The position numbers were made by a program, and so were the translations under genes. From Cenococcum geophilum (taxonomy: Eukaryota), in NCBI GenBank assembly GCA_050273025.1, contig CP158635.1, positions 7,254,001 through 7,318,000 on the forward strand: 64,000 bases of DNA. Reading direction: 5' to 3'. The notes under the pieces were generated by a model. That model saw only the letters and a list, made by a program, of their open reading frames with translations, had not been told where the DNA came from and did no database searches. The stretch's first letter is position 1; each line of letters opens with the position of its first letter. This document shows, one piece after another, positions 24,090 through 38,200 of the stretch.

Positions 24090-27000
24090 TGTCACGGCAC
24101 TGACCTGACGCATACTGTTTCATACTGTCTCGTACTGTTCCCTACTGTTAGCTAGCCCACTACTAGCGACTTAGCGGCCGGCCCTACTATTTGTATATAA
24201 TACCCCCTTTCCACCTTCTTCCCCTCTTTATACTATAACGTAGTTATTTAGTCTACTTTATTACAGCACTGTGACAGTTTATAGTATCTTTAATTTGCGC
24301 CCTATCGCGATCACTGATTCCCCGTACCCTAGCTAATTAACCTCCGCCCTAGAGTAATCGCGACCTATACGCGCCTCTACTAAAACTAACACGTCCCTAG
24401 CACAGTCCTAGAACAATCCTTAGTTTTTACCTAGCGCCTAGATAGGCGACACTAATAACGCCAAAATGGCCGAAACCTAGAACCCCTATAACGTTTTCGC
24501 AGACCTATTTACAGAGATATACCCCAATATCGCGTGGATAATCCGCCGCTCCCTACCATACCCTAAGACCTTTAAGCCCAGCAAAGCTTACCTTACCTTT
24601 ATTAACTATACCAATGAGTTCCTTAATAACATTAAAGTAGGACTATAGTGTATATATAACATAAACACCGCCAACAAAAAAGCCAACAAAAACCTTAGTG
24701 CCCTTATCGCTTCCTAGATAGGAACTATTAACTCTTAGGTAGAGACTATTACCGTTCTAAAATAATTAACCCCTATAATAACGGTAGTAACCTAGCAGAA
24801 AAAACGGAGATCTAAAGACCCGCCAATATTTAGCGGAAAAGGCACCCCGCTAAAATAATAAGCTAACTTTAAGACCTAGCATATTAAGATTAAGGGAGTC
24901 TTTAACTGGGACTAGGACTACTTTAATATAGTTTAGTCCCAGATCCTTTATATCTTAGATATGCTAGAGAATAAGGCCTATAAGTTTATTAAGCAGGGCC
25001 TAGAGCTTATATATAAGAACCCAAACAATATATCTATATAGAAATGGCCTACTAAGGAAGATATGCTTAAAGACCTTACTACCTACTATAAGGTCCTTAA
25101 TATAACCCAGGTTATAAAGAATAAGCTTAACCATTTCCCCTAAGGCGAGCGTAATTACTGGTCCTAGAAGGGAGAGCTTAATAAGCTAATGGTCCGCGCT
25201 AAGAAGACAGACGAATAGAAGGTAGACCTACTCTAAAAGTTTATCTCTCCAAAGATGGAAGAGCTGGTACTTAGACTAGCCCACGAAATTAATAATAGCG
25301 ACTATACAGGTTGGAGTAAGTAGATAGATATGTTTGCTAAGAACCTCGCGAACTATATATACTAAGCCAACCTTAAGAAGAACGCTAACCACTACCTACC
25401 TGCCTAAGCCCCTGCCCCTATATTAACCCCAACCTTAGCAGTAACTAGAGAACCTATAGACCTTAATAGAATCTTAGACACAGAGCGTAAGCGCCGCGTT
25501 AATAATAGACTATACCTTGCCTATAGCCTGCCTAGCCACTAGAAGGATGCCTATAACCCCGCTAAGACAGTAAACCTAGTCCCAATGCTACCCCGTCAAA
25601 TAACGCGAACAAATAACCGTAGACGCGGCAACTGTGGAGTTTATTATAGACGCGGCGACCGCAAAGCCTATTATGGCCGCAGCGGATAACCCCCCCCCTT
25701 TAACCCTACGGCTTAGTTACTCTAAACCATGCCCTATATAGGAGCCCAACCCGTTAACAACGCCTAGCATTAGTAACTTTGCGCTAGCGAATACGAACAT
25801 AGCCACGTTATTGGCGAGGTATTATCTTCTTATACCCTAACCAAAATAAAAATAGACACCGCCAGCTAGATGGATACTAGACCGCCCTGTTAAGACAGCC
25901 CCGTACCCTAGTCGTTAAAAGGCAGACCCTTAGACTAAGTTGCGCCCAAGGGTCTAAACCATATAAGGAGGAAGACGAGAAGATTAGGTCCCTATTACTA
26001 GATTAATTAATCCTTTCTATTAGTAAACTGCCACTTAATCTTAGATTAGCAAACAGTAACAAGAAATTAATCCTTATTTAAACCCAACTCTCCTTATTAT
26101 ATAACTTATACCCCTAAGTTTATATTAATACAGTAAGCCTAGTAGACTCTAGTAATACTATAATGGCATTTGCTAACGTAGAGTCTATTATAAGAAAGTA
26201 TAACGTTATAACCAAGAAGCTGCTAGCACCTAGGCCACTACGCCTCGCAAATAGCATCCCAACTTCACTTATTATGGACTACTTCACCACCCAAATATTA
26301 ATCGGCCTCTATACTAAAGCTATACTCTTTTTTGTTACTAAACTCTCGCCTACTACCCCAATTATCCTAGGCATGCCCTAGCTTCAGAAGCATAAGCCCT
26401 GTCCTAGCTTTAGGAAACTTAAGATCCGCTTTAACTTAGACTACTACTCTAGGCACTACCTCCTGTAGGGGATAGCCGACGTTAGCAGGGACACCCCATA
26501 TAGACACTCAGCACTACTAAGCCTAGTGCCTAGGACTATATACAAAGCCCTAATAGTAGAAGACGTTCCTAATAAAGGGGAGCCCGTATAGCTGCAAAGA
26601 AATAAGACAGTAAAAGACTAGACTAACCTAGCACTTAAGACCAAAACGACGGGCTAGCTAGCCCTGCCAAGACCAAGGAAGAAGGTCCGCTTTGCGCCGC
26701 CACTACTAAGAAACTAACCCCAACCTAGGCACTATTTAAACCCTAGCTACCTAGCCCGACACCTAGAACTAAGCCATATGCCATATACGCACACAATAGC
26801 TCGCGTTATAGCAAGGACTAGCTATAGAACTACTAAGACCCGGATAATAGAAACCGCGCCACCGCAACGCCTAACCTTATACCCGTCTCCCGCGCATACC
26901 GTATAGGGCCGCCGCCTCATTTCCGCCCCCCTAGGCCGACCGAGCTATGCTAGCCTAGCTATAGCACCGGAAAGCCAGATACGCCCCAACCTAGACAATA

Positions 27001-30000
27001 TTAAATGCACCTATACTATTAATTTTACCCAGTTCTATAAACAAAAAGACGTAAAGGTAATAAGGATCCACATAGCGGAGCTAGTAGAACTAGTTAAACA
27101 AGATAAGCACCGATAGCTGTTTAAAGAGCTGCCTATAGGCCTAATAGAAGTACCGAACCTATTAAAAAGGTCTTTCCGCCGGCTAGTGGAAGGCAACTAT
27201 ACGATAAAGGAAGCCCGTAAAGCGCTCCCCCCCCTATTTCTATAACTTCCTTAAGACAAATCTAAAAACTAAACCCGAGCTTTTATGTTAGAAGATAGTT
27301 AACACCGATGTTAAAAAATTCCTAAAAGGCAAACCAGGATTAACCCACAAAGATATTCTATAATGCCTACTAAAGGAGTTTAGTAAATATATTAAGCACT
27401 TCCTCCCTAAGAATATAGATAAGCTGCCCCCTTACTAACCATGGGACTATAAAATTAAGATTACCCCTAGAAACTAGGCCCTATACTATAAAAATAGACC
27501 ACTCTTACCTGCTAAACTTAGGTGTGTAAAGAAGTGGATTAATAAGATGCTAGATAAGGGTTTTATCCGCGAATTAACCTTACTAGCTGCCGCACCACTC
27601 CTCCTTGCTGCTAAGCCTGGCGGCGGTGTACGAATCTACTACGACTACCAAGGCCTAAACACAGTCACTATTAAGAATTAATACCTACTGCCACTAATCC
27701 GCAAGACACTTGACGCACTTTATAGCGCCAAATACTTTACTAAACTTAATATAATTGCTGCGTTTAACCGAATCTGGATTGCGGAGGGCTATAAGTGGCT
27801 TATAGCATTTATTACCCGGTTTAGACTCTATAAGATACTAGTTACACCATTTAGCCTCTATAATATACCCGCTATATTCTAAAACTATATTAACCATGTT
27901 CTATATAACGCCCTTAATAACTACTACACTGCCTACCTTAACAACGTCCTTGTCTTTTTTAAAACACGCGCCAAGCATACTAAGTATATAAATGAAGTCA
28001 TCTAAAGACTCGGTAATGCTAGACTTTAGATTAATATTAATAAGTCTAAGTTCTACTCTACTAAAATAAAATACCTTAGCTTAATTATCTCGACTAATGG
28101 TATAACCATAGACCCTAAAAAGATACAGGCCTTATAGGAATAGAAGGACCCGACATTAATTAAAGAACTATAATAATTTCTCGGCTTTGCGAACTTCTAC
28201 TAACGATTTATCTAAGGCTACTCTGTTATTGCTATACCTATAATAAAACTTCTAAAGAAGGATATCGGATGGCTATAGGGACTAGAATAAGCCAAATCGT
28301 TTAAGGCCCTTAAGGGAGCCTTTACTTTAGCACCAGTACTAGTATACTATAACTATATAAAGAAAACAGTGGTAAAGATAGACGCATTAAATTAGGCTTT
28401 TGGCGGAGTCCTTTCCTAGTATAATAATAACGGAAAATTAAGACTAGTCGCATTTTTCTCCGTAAAGCACTCCGTGCTGGAATGTAACTATGAGATCTAT
28501 AATAAAGAACTCCTAGCTATTGTTAAGGCTTTAGAGGAATAGCGTCCTAAGCTATAAGGGACTAAGAAGCCGTTTAAAATTATTACCAACCATAAGAATC
28601 TATAGACGTTTATAACTACTAAGCAGCTAAACTAGCGCTAAGTCTAGTAAGCAGAGTTCCTTTTATAGTTTAACTTTGTAATTATATATAGACCCGGTAG
28701 TAAAGCCACGCTCCCTAACGCCTTAAGCCGGCTACTAGGAATAAGGCCTAAAGACGCTAATAATAAACGCCTCCGCCACCGAGCCTAAGTTGTTATACCG
28801 CCCTAGAAAGTTAACCCTATAATCTTAAAAGAATTACTATATAAGTCCTGTAACTCTAATGACGCGGAGTTTATAGCCGCTCTAGACTCTAAAATAGCCG
28901 AAAAGTTACTAAACGAGTTAATCTAGCTAGGATACCAGGAGAACGAACTTATAAGAGATATAGTGGCAGCCCTGCGTAATTAGAAAGCTCGCCGTTAGCT
29001 AAAGAAAATTAGGAAATTACTCCGTTATAATAAGTTAGAATGTAGTATTGTTAACAAACAGATCTACTTCCACTAACGTCTCTTCGTCCCTAATGCCCTA
29101 GACCTCCGCCTAGAAGTTACCTATCGCTCTTATAGCAGCGGCCCCGCTAGTTACCCCAGCCGGGTTAAAACTCTTAACCTCTTAAACCAAACATACTAGT
29201 GGCTAGGAATCTCCCAGTTTACGGCTACCTTTGTTAAAGACTGTACCCTATACTTTCGCACTAAAACCCCCTATTCTGCCCCACCCGGTTTCCTAAAGCC
29301 ACTAAAATTACCTACCCGCCCATAAACCGATATCTTAATTAACTATATTATAACGCTGCCAGTATACTAACGCTACGGTAAGGTATACGAACATATCCTT
29401 GTTATTATAGACCGCCTAACTAAAATGCGATACCTCGTTCTAGTAACAGGACTCTTAATAGAGGAGTTAGTTAATAGCTTTGTTAATAATATATATAAGC
29501 TCCACGGTGCACTAAGCACGATTATCTCCAATCACGGCATATAATTTATTAATAACTTCTAGCAACGACTAAGTAAACGCCTTAAGACAACCTTACGACT
29601 AAGCTTAGCCTAGTACCCAAAAACGGACGGCCAAACTAAAATTATTAACGCCGCCGTAAATAAATACCTTTATGCTTTTGTTAGCTTTATATAGGACGAC
29701 TGGGTTAACTACCTGCCGCTCGCCGAGTTTGCTATAAATAACTAAGTCAACGAGAGCACAGGCATCTCCCTATTTTTTACAAATTATAGCTTTAACCCTC
29801 GCCTCAGAATCGAGCCTACTGGCCCCTACCTACTAACACTATTAGCACAAGCAAAGAAGGAGTTCTTCCGCGTAGACTCTGTGGCCAACTGCTTTAAGCA
29901 GATATTAATATAGCTTAAGGCCCTAGCCCGGATTTTATAGCAACGCTATAAAGATAATGCTAATACCCGTAGGGATAAGAGCGCGTTATTCTACGAAGGT

Positions 30001-31005
30001 AATATAGTTATAGTTAGCTTAGAAAATATAAAGATAAACAGACCTAAGAAGAAATGGGACGACAAATGGGACGGCCTGTACCCCGTACTCGCAGTATACT
30101 AAGGGGCAGTTATAGTAGACCTCCTAGACCATATCTGAGTAAATAAATCCTTTTATACATCTAAGGTCCGCCTCTAGGCTGCTAAAGAGATCCCTGGCTA
30201 AGCAAATATTAATACTATAGAGCGCCGTAATATATAAGGACGAGTGGTAAAGAGAAATAATAACGGCAATATAGAAGACAAATGGGAGTTTAAGAAAATC
30301 CTTAATGTATATAACGAAGACCCCCAGGGCCTAACTTATAAGATTAAATAGAAATATTATAAGGATACAACCTAGCAGCTAGAGGAAGACCTAAAGGGTT
30401 GCAAACAAGCTGTATAGCGCTTCTATAAGCAACACCCTAAGAAGCTAGGACCCCTAGACTGGGCATAAGATAAGGAAAAGTCACGCTAAGGTCGCGGCCA
30501 ACCACCGCATTAAAATTTGTGGTAGTTAAGATGTTATAGAACTTTAACCGGCAGTTAAAGTTGTCTAATTAGCCAAATTCTCGCCAAGAAACGCCACACG
30601 GACCGATTTGGGTGGCGGTGTAGAGTTCTGCCGACCTTACTCACTAAACTAACTAATCAGGATTTTCCATGCCCGGCATAGAAAATCGCTATTAGCTTGG
30701 TTAAGGGCGGTAAGCGGAACTAATATCTTTGCGGTAGAAAATAGGCAACCCCGTACACTGCCTATTTTTAAGTTATCTATTCGGTTTAGGGACCAAACCA
30801 TCTAGGGGAGAGGAGTACTGTTACGGCACTGACCTAACGCATACTGTTTCATACTGTCTCGTACTGTTCCCTACTGTTAGCTGGCCCACCACTAGCGACT
30901 TGGCGGCTGGCCCTACTATTTATATACAATACCCCCTTTCCACCTTCTTCCCCTCTTTATACCACAACGTAGTTATTCAGTCTACTTTATTGCAGCACTG
31001 TGACA
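24090..31005 (+). mobile_element. Full-length chromoviral Ty3/Gypsy (family B, copy 1); 187-bp LTRs (24090-24276, 30819-31005); TSD TCTAA
   Basis: TSD at 24085-24089 and 31006-31010; PPT GGGGAGAGGAG. gag, LVDS(G) ~26140, RT ~27430-28100, NYEIY(D)KELLAIV ~28490, integrase P(E)TDGQT ~29620, chromodomain ~30280-30460. Confidence 0.97.
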
Positions 31006-31409
31006 TCTAAGGAACTAGATCTTAAGGAGGGAGATAAAGTATAGCTACTATATAAAAATTTTAAGAGTTAATAACTAAGTAAGAAGTTAGACTACGTTAG
31101 ACTAGGACCTTTTAAAATTACGTAGAGGGTTTTACTAGTTACGTTTAAGTTAAACCTACTAGCTAAAATAAAGATTTACCCTATATAGCATATCGTAATG
31201 CTAGAGCCAGTATATAGGAATGTTAAGCTACTAGTTTATAAAGTAGACATGTATAGAGGATAGGAAGAAGACAAATAGTAAGTTTTAAAGATTGTTAGTT
31301 ATAAGGACATTAATAATAAAATATAGTATAAGGTTAAGTAGATAGGCTATACTAAGACTACCTAGGAGCTATTAGAAAATTTAAAGAATACTATAGGAAA
31401 GGTACAGGA

Positions 31410-32063
31410 GTATTGGAAGAGATTAGGTTAGGCAGTATTAATAAAGAAGGATCGCTAAAGAATAAGTTACCTAAGGGGGACCTAAGAAAAACAGTTACTA
31501 AACTACTTAGATCTGTTTCCTTCTCTATTAAAGAAAAATTTATTCTTTTATCGCCAAGTTTTAGTAAATCTTATTCTATAAGTTTCTATTTCTTAAAATA
31601 CACCTTTTTATAAACCTTCTTAAGACGAATTAACCAAGTAGACGCTATAAGATGAGACTTAAGAGCCCGTTGCTAAGCATTAGCAGCCTTCTATTCTGTG
31701 TTATAAGAACGGCGTAGTTCCGCCAGAGTAATAGATAGTTTATTATCTAGCCGCGTAGTAGTAGATTAAATATAAGACCCTAAGATAAATCAATTAGGGA
31801 ACCAGACGACTATTAAGAGTAATAGGTTACGTATATTTAGCATTAGAGATAGAGCGAACGTTATAGGACGAATAAATATTCGCTTTAGTACACTCTGAGT
31901 AAGAGGACGGTTATTGTAAAAATAGGTTCGCCAACGTAATATAAACTAACCCCTCTTTTAAACAGTAAGAATATGGAGATGGTATAATCTTACTAAGAGA
32001 TAATATCGCAGCAATAGTGCGAATACGACGAGTAGTTGAAGAAGAAGAAATTACTTTAGGTAT
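31410..32063 (-). pseudogene. Antisense accessory ORF of the outer Gypsy: Zn2Cys6-like cluster plus coiled coil, one probable intron
   Basis: De-RIP: MPKVISSSSTTRRIR...MPSPCSYC.KEGLVC...PSSCSECTKAN..SSCNV. Intron (G)TACGT...TTAG at ~31781-31835, then WS.I...LD.EL...L.EL. Confidence 0.65.
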
Positions 32064-34206
32064 AATAAGTAACAATATTAACTAAATTAATTAGATAGAT
32101 ATTATACCTCTAGTAAACGACTTAGAGATATTTTAAATCTTTAAGGACGAAGATAAAAAGGAGGGAGATAGTGTTACGGACGCTTTAAGTACAATATTAT
32201 AACTACTAGGAGAGGAGTCGGAAGAAGCTAGTTGGTTAATTTAGGCACGGTCTAGGATGGAGCTAATAGAGCTATATAACAAGGAATGGTAACTAAGGTT
32301 ATATAGGGTGATCTATATAATCTGTAGGATCTATATAATCCGTAATAGAGTAAATAGAGTATACGTATATTACGTATAAGAAGGATTTCATAGGAGTACG
32401 GTTATGTATTTAAGGACCCTTAGTCCCTACCTAGATAGTTCCTTCCTTATAGTGATTCTTAGAATATAATTGGAGTTAATTTATTGGGCAACCACTCCAC
32501 TAGTTATTATTACGTTGTTGACTTTTGTACTTGCATTTCCTATACACCTAGCCCATTAACGAGCCTACCGTAGTTCTTGCTACAAGGTTCCGTTACACTT
32601 ATACTTATTTAGAATTCTAACCTTAATATAGGAAGCCGTGTTATATAAAATATATACTATTAAAAGAGGGTTTTTTTTTAGCTAATTCGGTAGATATGGT
32701 ATATAAACTGTTCCTATTTGCTAAAGGATAAATTAAGCTCTATAAGTATAATAAAGTATACCTTATTAAGGGTAATACCCTCTATAATAGCCTTTAGAGA
32801 TAATAAAAGAATCTATAGTCTAGTTAGCTGCTTCTATAAATTATAGATAATATAATTCTTTTACTTTAGTAATGTTCCTCTAGGGAGATATATAATAGTG
32901 TCCTCGCTATATTTAGCAACCAAGGCCTAAAATAAGTATTAGCTTAGAGTTCCCGTTAAGCAAGCTGCTGTTAAGAGGTAAAAAAAATAGAGTGTTTTAT
33001 TACTTATTGCTATATATACCGCCCTAATAGTTAGGAAATTAGTACTAATAATAACCTTACTATAATACCCCCTAATGTTTTTTTAATTATATAGCTTCTT
33101 TATAGATAACTAAAAGCGCCTTAAACTTTGCGTTGCCGTAAAGAATTTCCTCCTTATTCTTATCTAAGATGCTTCTAATAGGAGATTTAATTAATTTTAC
33201 GTGAAATTTCGCTTATATATTAATTTTGTCGTTATTTAGCAGATCCTTATTATATCTATCCTTCTATAAAAGTAACCTAGGCGTTATCGCTGTAACATAG
33301 CACGTAAAGTAGGTGCCTAAGGAGGTACCGGCCATTTGTACTAGTTAGTTCCCCTTAAAAGAACTATCTTCTTTCTATTTAACCATTTTCTACTAAAATA
33401 CCTCTTCTATTTCTAACGCTATTGCACTTTTTATACCCTATAGCAATTTAATTTCTATAGTTCTATACTTATAGTTTAGGTAGTAAGTTTAGAGCTCGCC
33501 TAAAATAACTTTTAATTTTTTTCCATTAAAGCCGATGGTATTTAAGGTACGGCGAATTTTAAAGTTTATAAGTATTTCTCTACCGACCTAAACTAATTCT
33601 TTATATGCCGTAGACTGTAAAACCCCTTTAGGGTTGCTCTTTCCTTATTTTAAAAAATGACTTTATAGCTTTACTATTTTTTTTTTAACTTTAACAGACG
33701 TGTATTTTTTAAGAATGCTATTATCTTAGGCGCTTGCCTAATCTAGATCCGAAAGGCCACTTATAATAAACCAATATATATCTATAACACTATTCTCTAT
33801 TAGAGTCCCTAATATAGCCTAAATAAAGAATCTAAGGCGTTTTGGTATAGTACTTTTATAGTAATAAAGAAATTAGTTAACTATAGTCTCTTTATTCTTC
33901 TTATTATAAAACTTATCCTATAAAACTCTACTAAAAAATGTGGTCTTAACCGACTGCTAACCTTTATCCTCTCGCTTACCATTAGATAAGAAGCGGTAGA
34001 CACTTCTAGTAATTATAAAGTTATTAATAATACGCTATTTTAGGTATTTAGATATTATAATTATAATAAATCTTATTACTAGGGCAGCCGGGGTACTAAT
34101 TAAAGGATTGCCCTTTTTAAGTAGTAGGACACTGTTAGAGAACTATAGGTAAGGGGTTTTTGCTTTATCTGTAAGAACCTAATAAATATTTAAAGCATTA
34201 TAGGTA

Positions 34207-34640
34207 ACGTACACCATAAGCGAGCGGCCCACCCAAGCGAGCGGCCCACCTCAAAACTCGCCAAAAAATGGCAAAATCGCACCTTAGTATCTCAACAACC
34301 ACTTAATAATAAATTCTAATAATTTAGATTTAGACTTTTATATATACTCTATAGCTTCTATTAAAGTTACATAGTAGCTAGCTTTGTAGTTTTTAAGATA
34401 TTAAATTTTGGGGGCCAAAATAAGGCCAAATTGGGTTAAATTGCTATATCTTAAAAACCACTAAGCTAGCTACTATGCAACTTTAATAGGAGCTATAGAG
34501 TATATATAAAAGTCTAAATCCAAATTATTAGAATTTATTATTAAGTGGTTGTTAAGATGCTAAGGTGCGATTTTGCTATTTTTTGGTGAGTTTTGAGGTG
34601 GGCCGCTCGCTTGGGTGGGCCGCTCGCTTATGGTATACGT
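34207..34640. mobile_element. Fot1/pogo-type MITE, 434 bp, ~195-bp TIRs, TA TSD
   Basis: TA+ACGTACACCATAAGCGAGCGGCCCAC... and ...GTGGGCCGCTCGCTTATGGTATACGT+TA. Nearly the whole element is a palindrome. Confidence 0.95.
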
Positions 34641-37199
34641 TAGTCTAGTTTCCTAATATTTTTATTTCTAGCTACTTATTTAAAGTTGGCTGCTCTATGC
34701 CCGGAGAAATATCTACTGTTAAATAGTATATTATAACTCTTAGCGGTGCCTACGCTTACGTTATAAGTGGTAAGTCTTTAAACAATAAGATATAATTATC
34801 TCTTTAAGCAGTAATAATATGCGGAACTGCGATAACTAGGCTGGCACTATATTATTTACGCATTATAAATATAGCGTTGCGATTTACGCGTAAGTACGGT
34901 AGAGGTATTTTATCCTAGCTAGGATACTTAGCGTTAATATCCTAGTGGCCCTTCGGTAAATATTAACTAGTATTTCTAGACGCTTAATTAGTAGCTACTT
35001 TGTCTAGGTTTATAGCATAATAGTAATTTAAGATAATAGTTAAGTATGCGGTTACTATTTTGCCGGTCCCTATACCGTCTATAAAAACCCTACTATTTAG
35101 CTTTATGCGTTTCTAGTAGAATATCTTAAATATACTATATAGCTAGTATAAGAACGCCCTAAACTTTAGATTTAGACCCTATCTATAGGGAATAGGGACT
35201 ATATTATTCCCTAGGAGGGCCCCCTTAAAAACCCCCTATAGCTTAGCTAAGCGTTTATACATCTACTACTCTATTCTCTTAACCTTACCGCCTACTTTTA
35301 CTATAGCGGCTTTTCAAAATATAAAAAAAGCTAATATTAGTCTAATTTAAGATGTACTCTATATACTTATATACCTATACCTTTGCTTAATATAATTGGC
35401 AGCCTTTGCCTCCCTATTGGCTTTGTTTATTATATCTTTAAGGGCCTCTTCTTTTAGGTTATTGTCTTTTATAGAAACCTGTATAATATTACTAGCTAGA
35501 TCGTCTATAGTTATAACCTATAATTAAGCTGGTTTAAGATCTAGAGCGGTTGCGCTTTAGAGAGCATTATAATTATCTTTATTCTCCTTTATACTATTAG
35601 GACCCCCTATAGGCTAGATAGCTAGACCGCCGCGGCTGTCCTTAGTAGTTTACTATAATTTGCCTTTAAATGCTCTAGCAGGTTGCTCCCTTTTATAACT
35701 ACGTTTCTTTTAACCTAATAAACTTAGAATACTGCTGTACACTAATAAGGTTAATAAAGCATCGCTCTTACTTTTAGTGTCTTTATTAATAAACTTATTA
35801 TCTAAGTACTCTAAGTGCTTGCGGGTCTGCTTAGACGCAGTCTTTTACTATTTCTTATATATGGGCTTGCCGCGCAAAAACTGGCGAACTGGGGTATTGG
35901 TAATGCTGGGAGGGTTTATACTTTACTTGCGCGGTATTTAGTACGGTGTTTTTATAATTGGATACTTAGCTGCAATTATTAGTATATAGATAGCTAGATA
36001 TTATTAAAAGAACTTATAATTAGTACTCTTAAGTATAAATTCCACTTTACTTCTATAGTATAGCATATATCGCTAGAATGCGGCTTATAATACCCCTTGC
36101 TAGGTAATATAAGCCTTTTTATAGGATTTAACGTCGACCTATGCAATTTAATCTTTGTCTGAGTTAAACCCTACTAATATTATAACCTCTTAAAATAGCA
36201 AGAAACTAATATCTTTAATTATTAGAGTTTCTATATTGGCTTTTATAATATTATAGATCGTATAAAGCTCTATAGTGTTTTAGGTAGTTAAGTTTATTCT
36301 TTAAAATTAAAAGGTTATATTTTTAAGTAAAAGCGGCTTACCTAATAATGTAGGGCCTAGTAATTCTAAGATTTGCTTAGGAGCAAATATAGGCGCTAGC
36401 GTTATTATAGGTTTAAATTTAGTTTAAGTCTAACTTCTAAGTTTTAACTTATTTTGCTATTTTATAGTATTAGTTCTCTAAGATATTATTAAAGTAATAA
36501 TAGTATCTTTGGACTAGCTCTCTAAAATATCTTTCCTTTTAGGCAAGTTACTAAGAACCTTCTAAATAAAGTTATTGCGTAGTACTTTATCTCTAGCGGT
36601 ACGAAACGCGACTTTATTAAGCCTGGCCTTTACTATACTATTTAAGATTATCTTCTTAATTTCCTTAAGGCGACGAGCATTAATTTTCCATCTATTTATA
36701 ATATCTAAGTCCTTTATAGTAATGCGTAAAGATACCGAAATAGAATAAAGGAGAAGTAGAGCGTTGCTATATAAGAGCGGAAGAATCTAGTTAGTGTTTA
36801 GTAAAGGTGCAAGCCTAAAGTAGGTAGGTAAGACAAACTAATTATAAAAATTAATTAACTGGGCAGATTGCTATAGTTTTAGGGTGTAAGTTATAGCTTA
36901 AAGCTGTAATTAGCGGTTAAACGAATTAATTAATTAATTAATGTCGCGTAGAGGTGCCGTGCAAGAGTTAGTTAAGGTAGTAGAGGTAAAGAGTTAGGCG
37001 AAGTAGATATTAAAGTTAAGTATTTCCGCAGTAACGCTAGTAGGTAAATTGCCGCCATTTAATGCTTATTAATAGTAAGGTAAATTAAGAAGTTCTAGTA
37101 AATATATAGAATGCTAAGTCTAGCGGCATTTTATAGTAGATTACCTTAGGTAGTATAAGTCTTATATAGTTATAATCTTTAGGATTTAAGAACTAAACT

Positions 37200-38200
37200 A
37201 ACTTATTAGTTTATTAAACTTTATAAATCCTGCCTAGACTACTAATATAAAAAGGTAATAACCTAGCTAAGTATAGAATTTATATATTGTTTTTAATTAT
37301 TTTATAATAGGAGAGTAGGTAAAGCTGATTGAGCCTTTACTATAGCCTCCTTTAAGCACTCCTTCTGCCCTTAATTAATCCTCTATTAAACAGCCGCTGG
37401 TTAAACCGTTTAATTACTTATAGCGCTTAATATACCTCATTTAGCGTATATAGTACGTCCTCCCTTATAACCTTAAGCTAGTTCTTTACTAAAAGCTCTT
37501 AAAATATTACCTTTCTCTAATTTATATCATTACGCGCTTTGGTTAGTTGCGAATATAGTTTTATAACCTTAGAGATAGTCCTACTTTATTACTTAGGCGT
37601 CCCGGATTAGATTAACAATAGATATATTTTAAGCCTTTTTAGCTTTTTAAAGTTTCTTAATTTCCATCTTTAAACTCTTAATATTCTGGTAATTAGCGGG
37701 TAATATAGTCTATAAAGTATCCTACCCCTCCTTTATGCGACTAATCGTCTAACCTATAATATTAAAGAGGTCCCTCTTTTATAGTTTTCTAGTGTCTATA
37801 ATAGCCATCTTCGCGGCACTATTTTTATTTAACTCGGTTCTCTTTAGACTATGTATAGCGACATTTCTAGCGGCTGGCAGGATAGAATGGGTTAGTAAAG
37901 GCTTCTTAATAGGTAGCTAAGCTGTCTTTATAGCTTTAGCTACCTTACTATTCTTTTCCTACTTAATTAGAAACCCTCTAATCTCCTTTTAATAGCTATC
38001 TACCACTTTCTTCTTTCGCGGCTTTAGAGCTGGCTTAATGGTCCCATCTCTATTTTTTAGTAATGCCTTTTTAACGTAGGACGCTTAGTGCGCTTAGCTG
38101 GGGTGGCTGCATACCTAGGGTTTTTATTTATCTATAATAACCAATTAGCATAAGATATCTATAACTCCTTATTGGCATATATACTATTATAATGTTTACT
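37200..38200 (-). pseudogene. Unassigned degenerate ORF (Lys/Glu-rich)
   Basis: Protein-like frame ...KKALLKNRDGTIKPALKPRKKKVVD... and an intron-like signal at ~38140-38180. No family recognised. Confidence 0.35.

Larger units (their letters stand above)
17699..32597 (+). mobile_element. Full-length chromoviral Ty3/Gypsy; 426-bp LTRs (17699-18124, 32172-32597); TSD CTTAT
   Basis: TSD at 17694-17698 and 32598-32602; PPT at 32155-32171. gag ATG 18170, CCHC ~19175, protease ~21245, RT YL(DD) ~22205, RNase H ~22770, integrase ~23280-23930, chromodomain ~31270-31410. Confidence 0.97.
17607..36717 (-). pseudogene. SNF2-family helicase/ATPase, paralog 1, with introns; interrupted by a Gypsy (17699-32597) and a MITE
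   Basis: Motif I (G)GVF(A)DG(M)GTGK(T) at ~35062-35095; II RVL.D(E)F(H) at ~33915; III WA(MS)GT(P) at ~33805; V-VI EGITL..A...(ME)P....(Q)EQ...R..RI(GQ) at ~32680-32790. GTAAGT...CTAAC..AG-type introns at ~32945-33008 and ~35330-35370. Confidence 0.85.

Noticed and set aside
30560..30700. Hammerhead ribozyme or group I intron
   Set aside because: The core de-RIPs to CTGATCAG rather than CTGATGAG, and I could not build the required stems.
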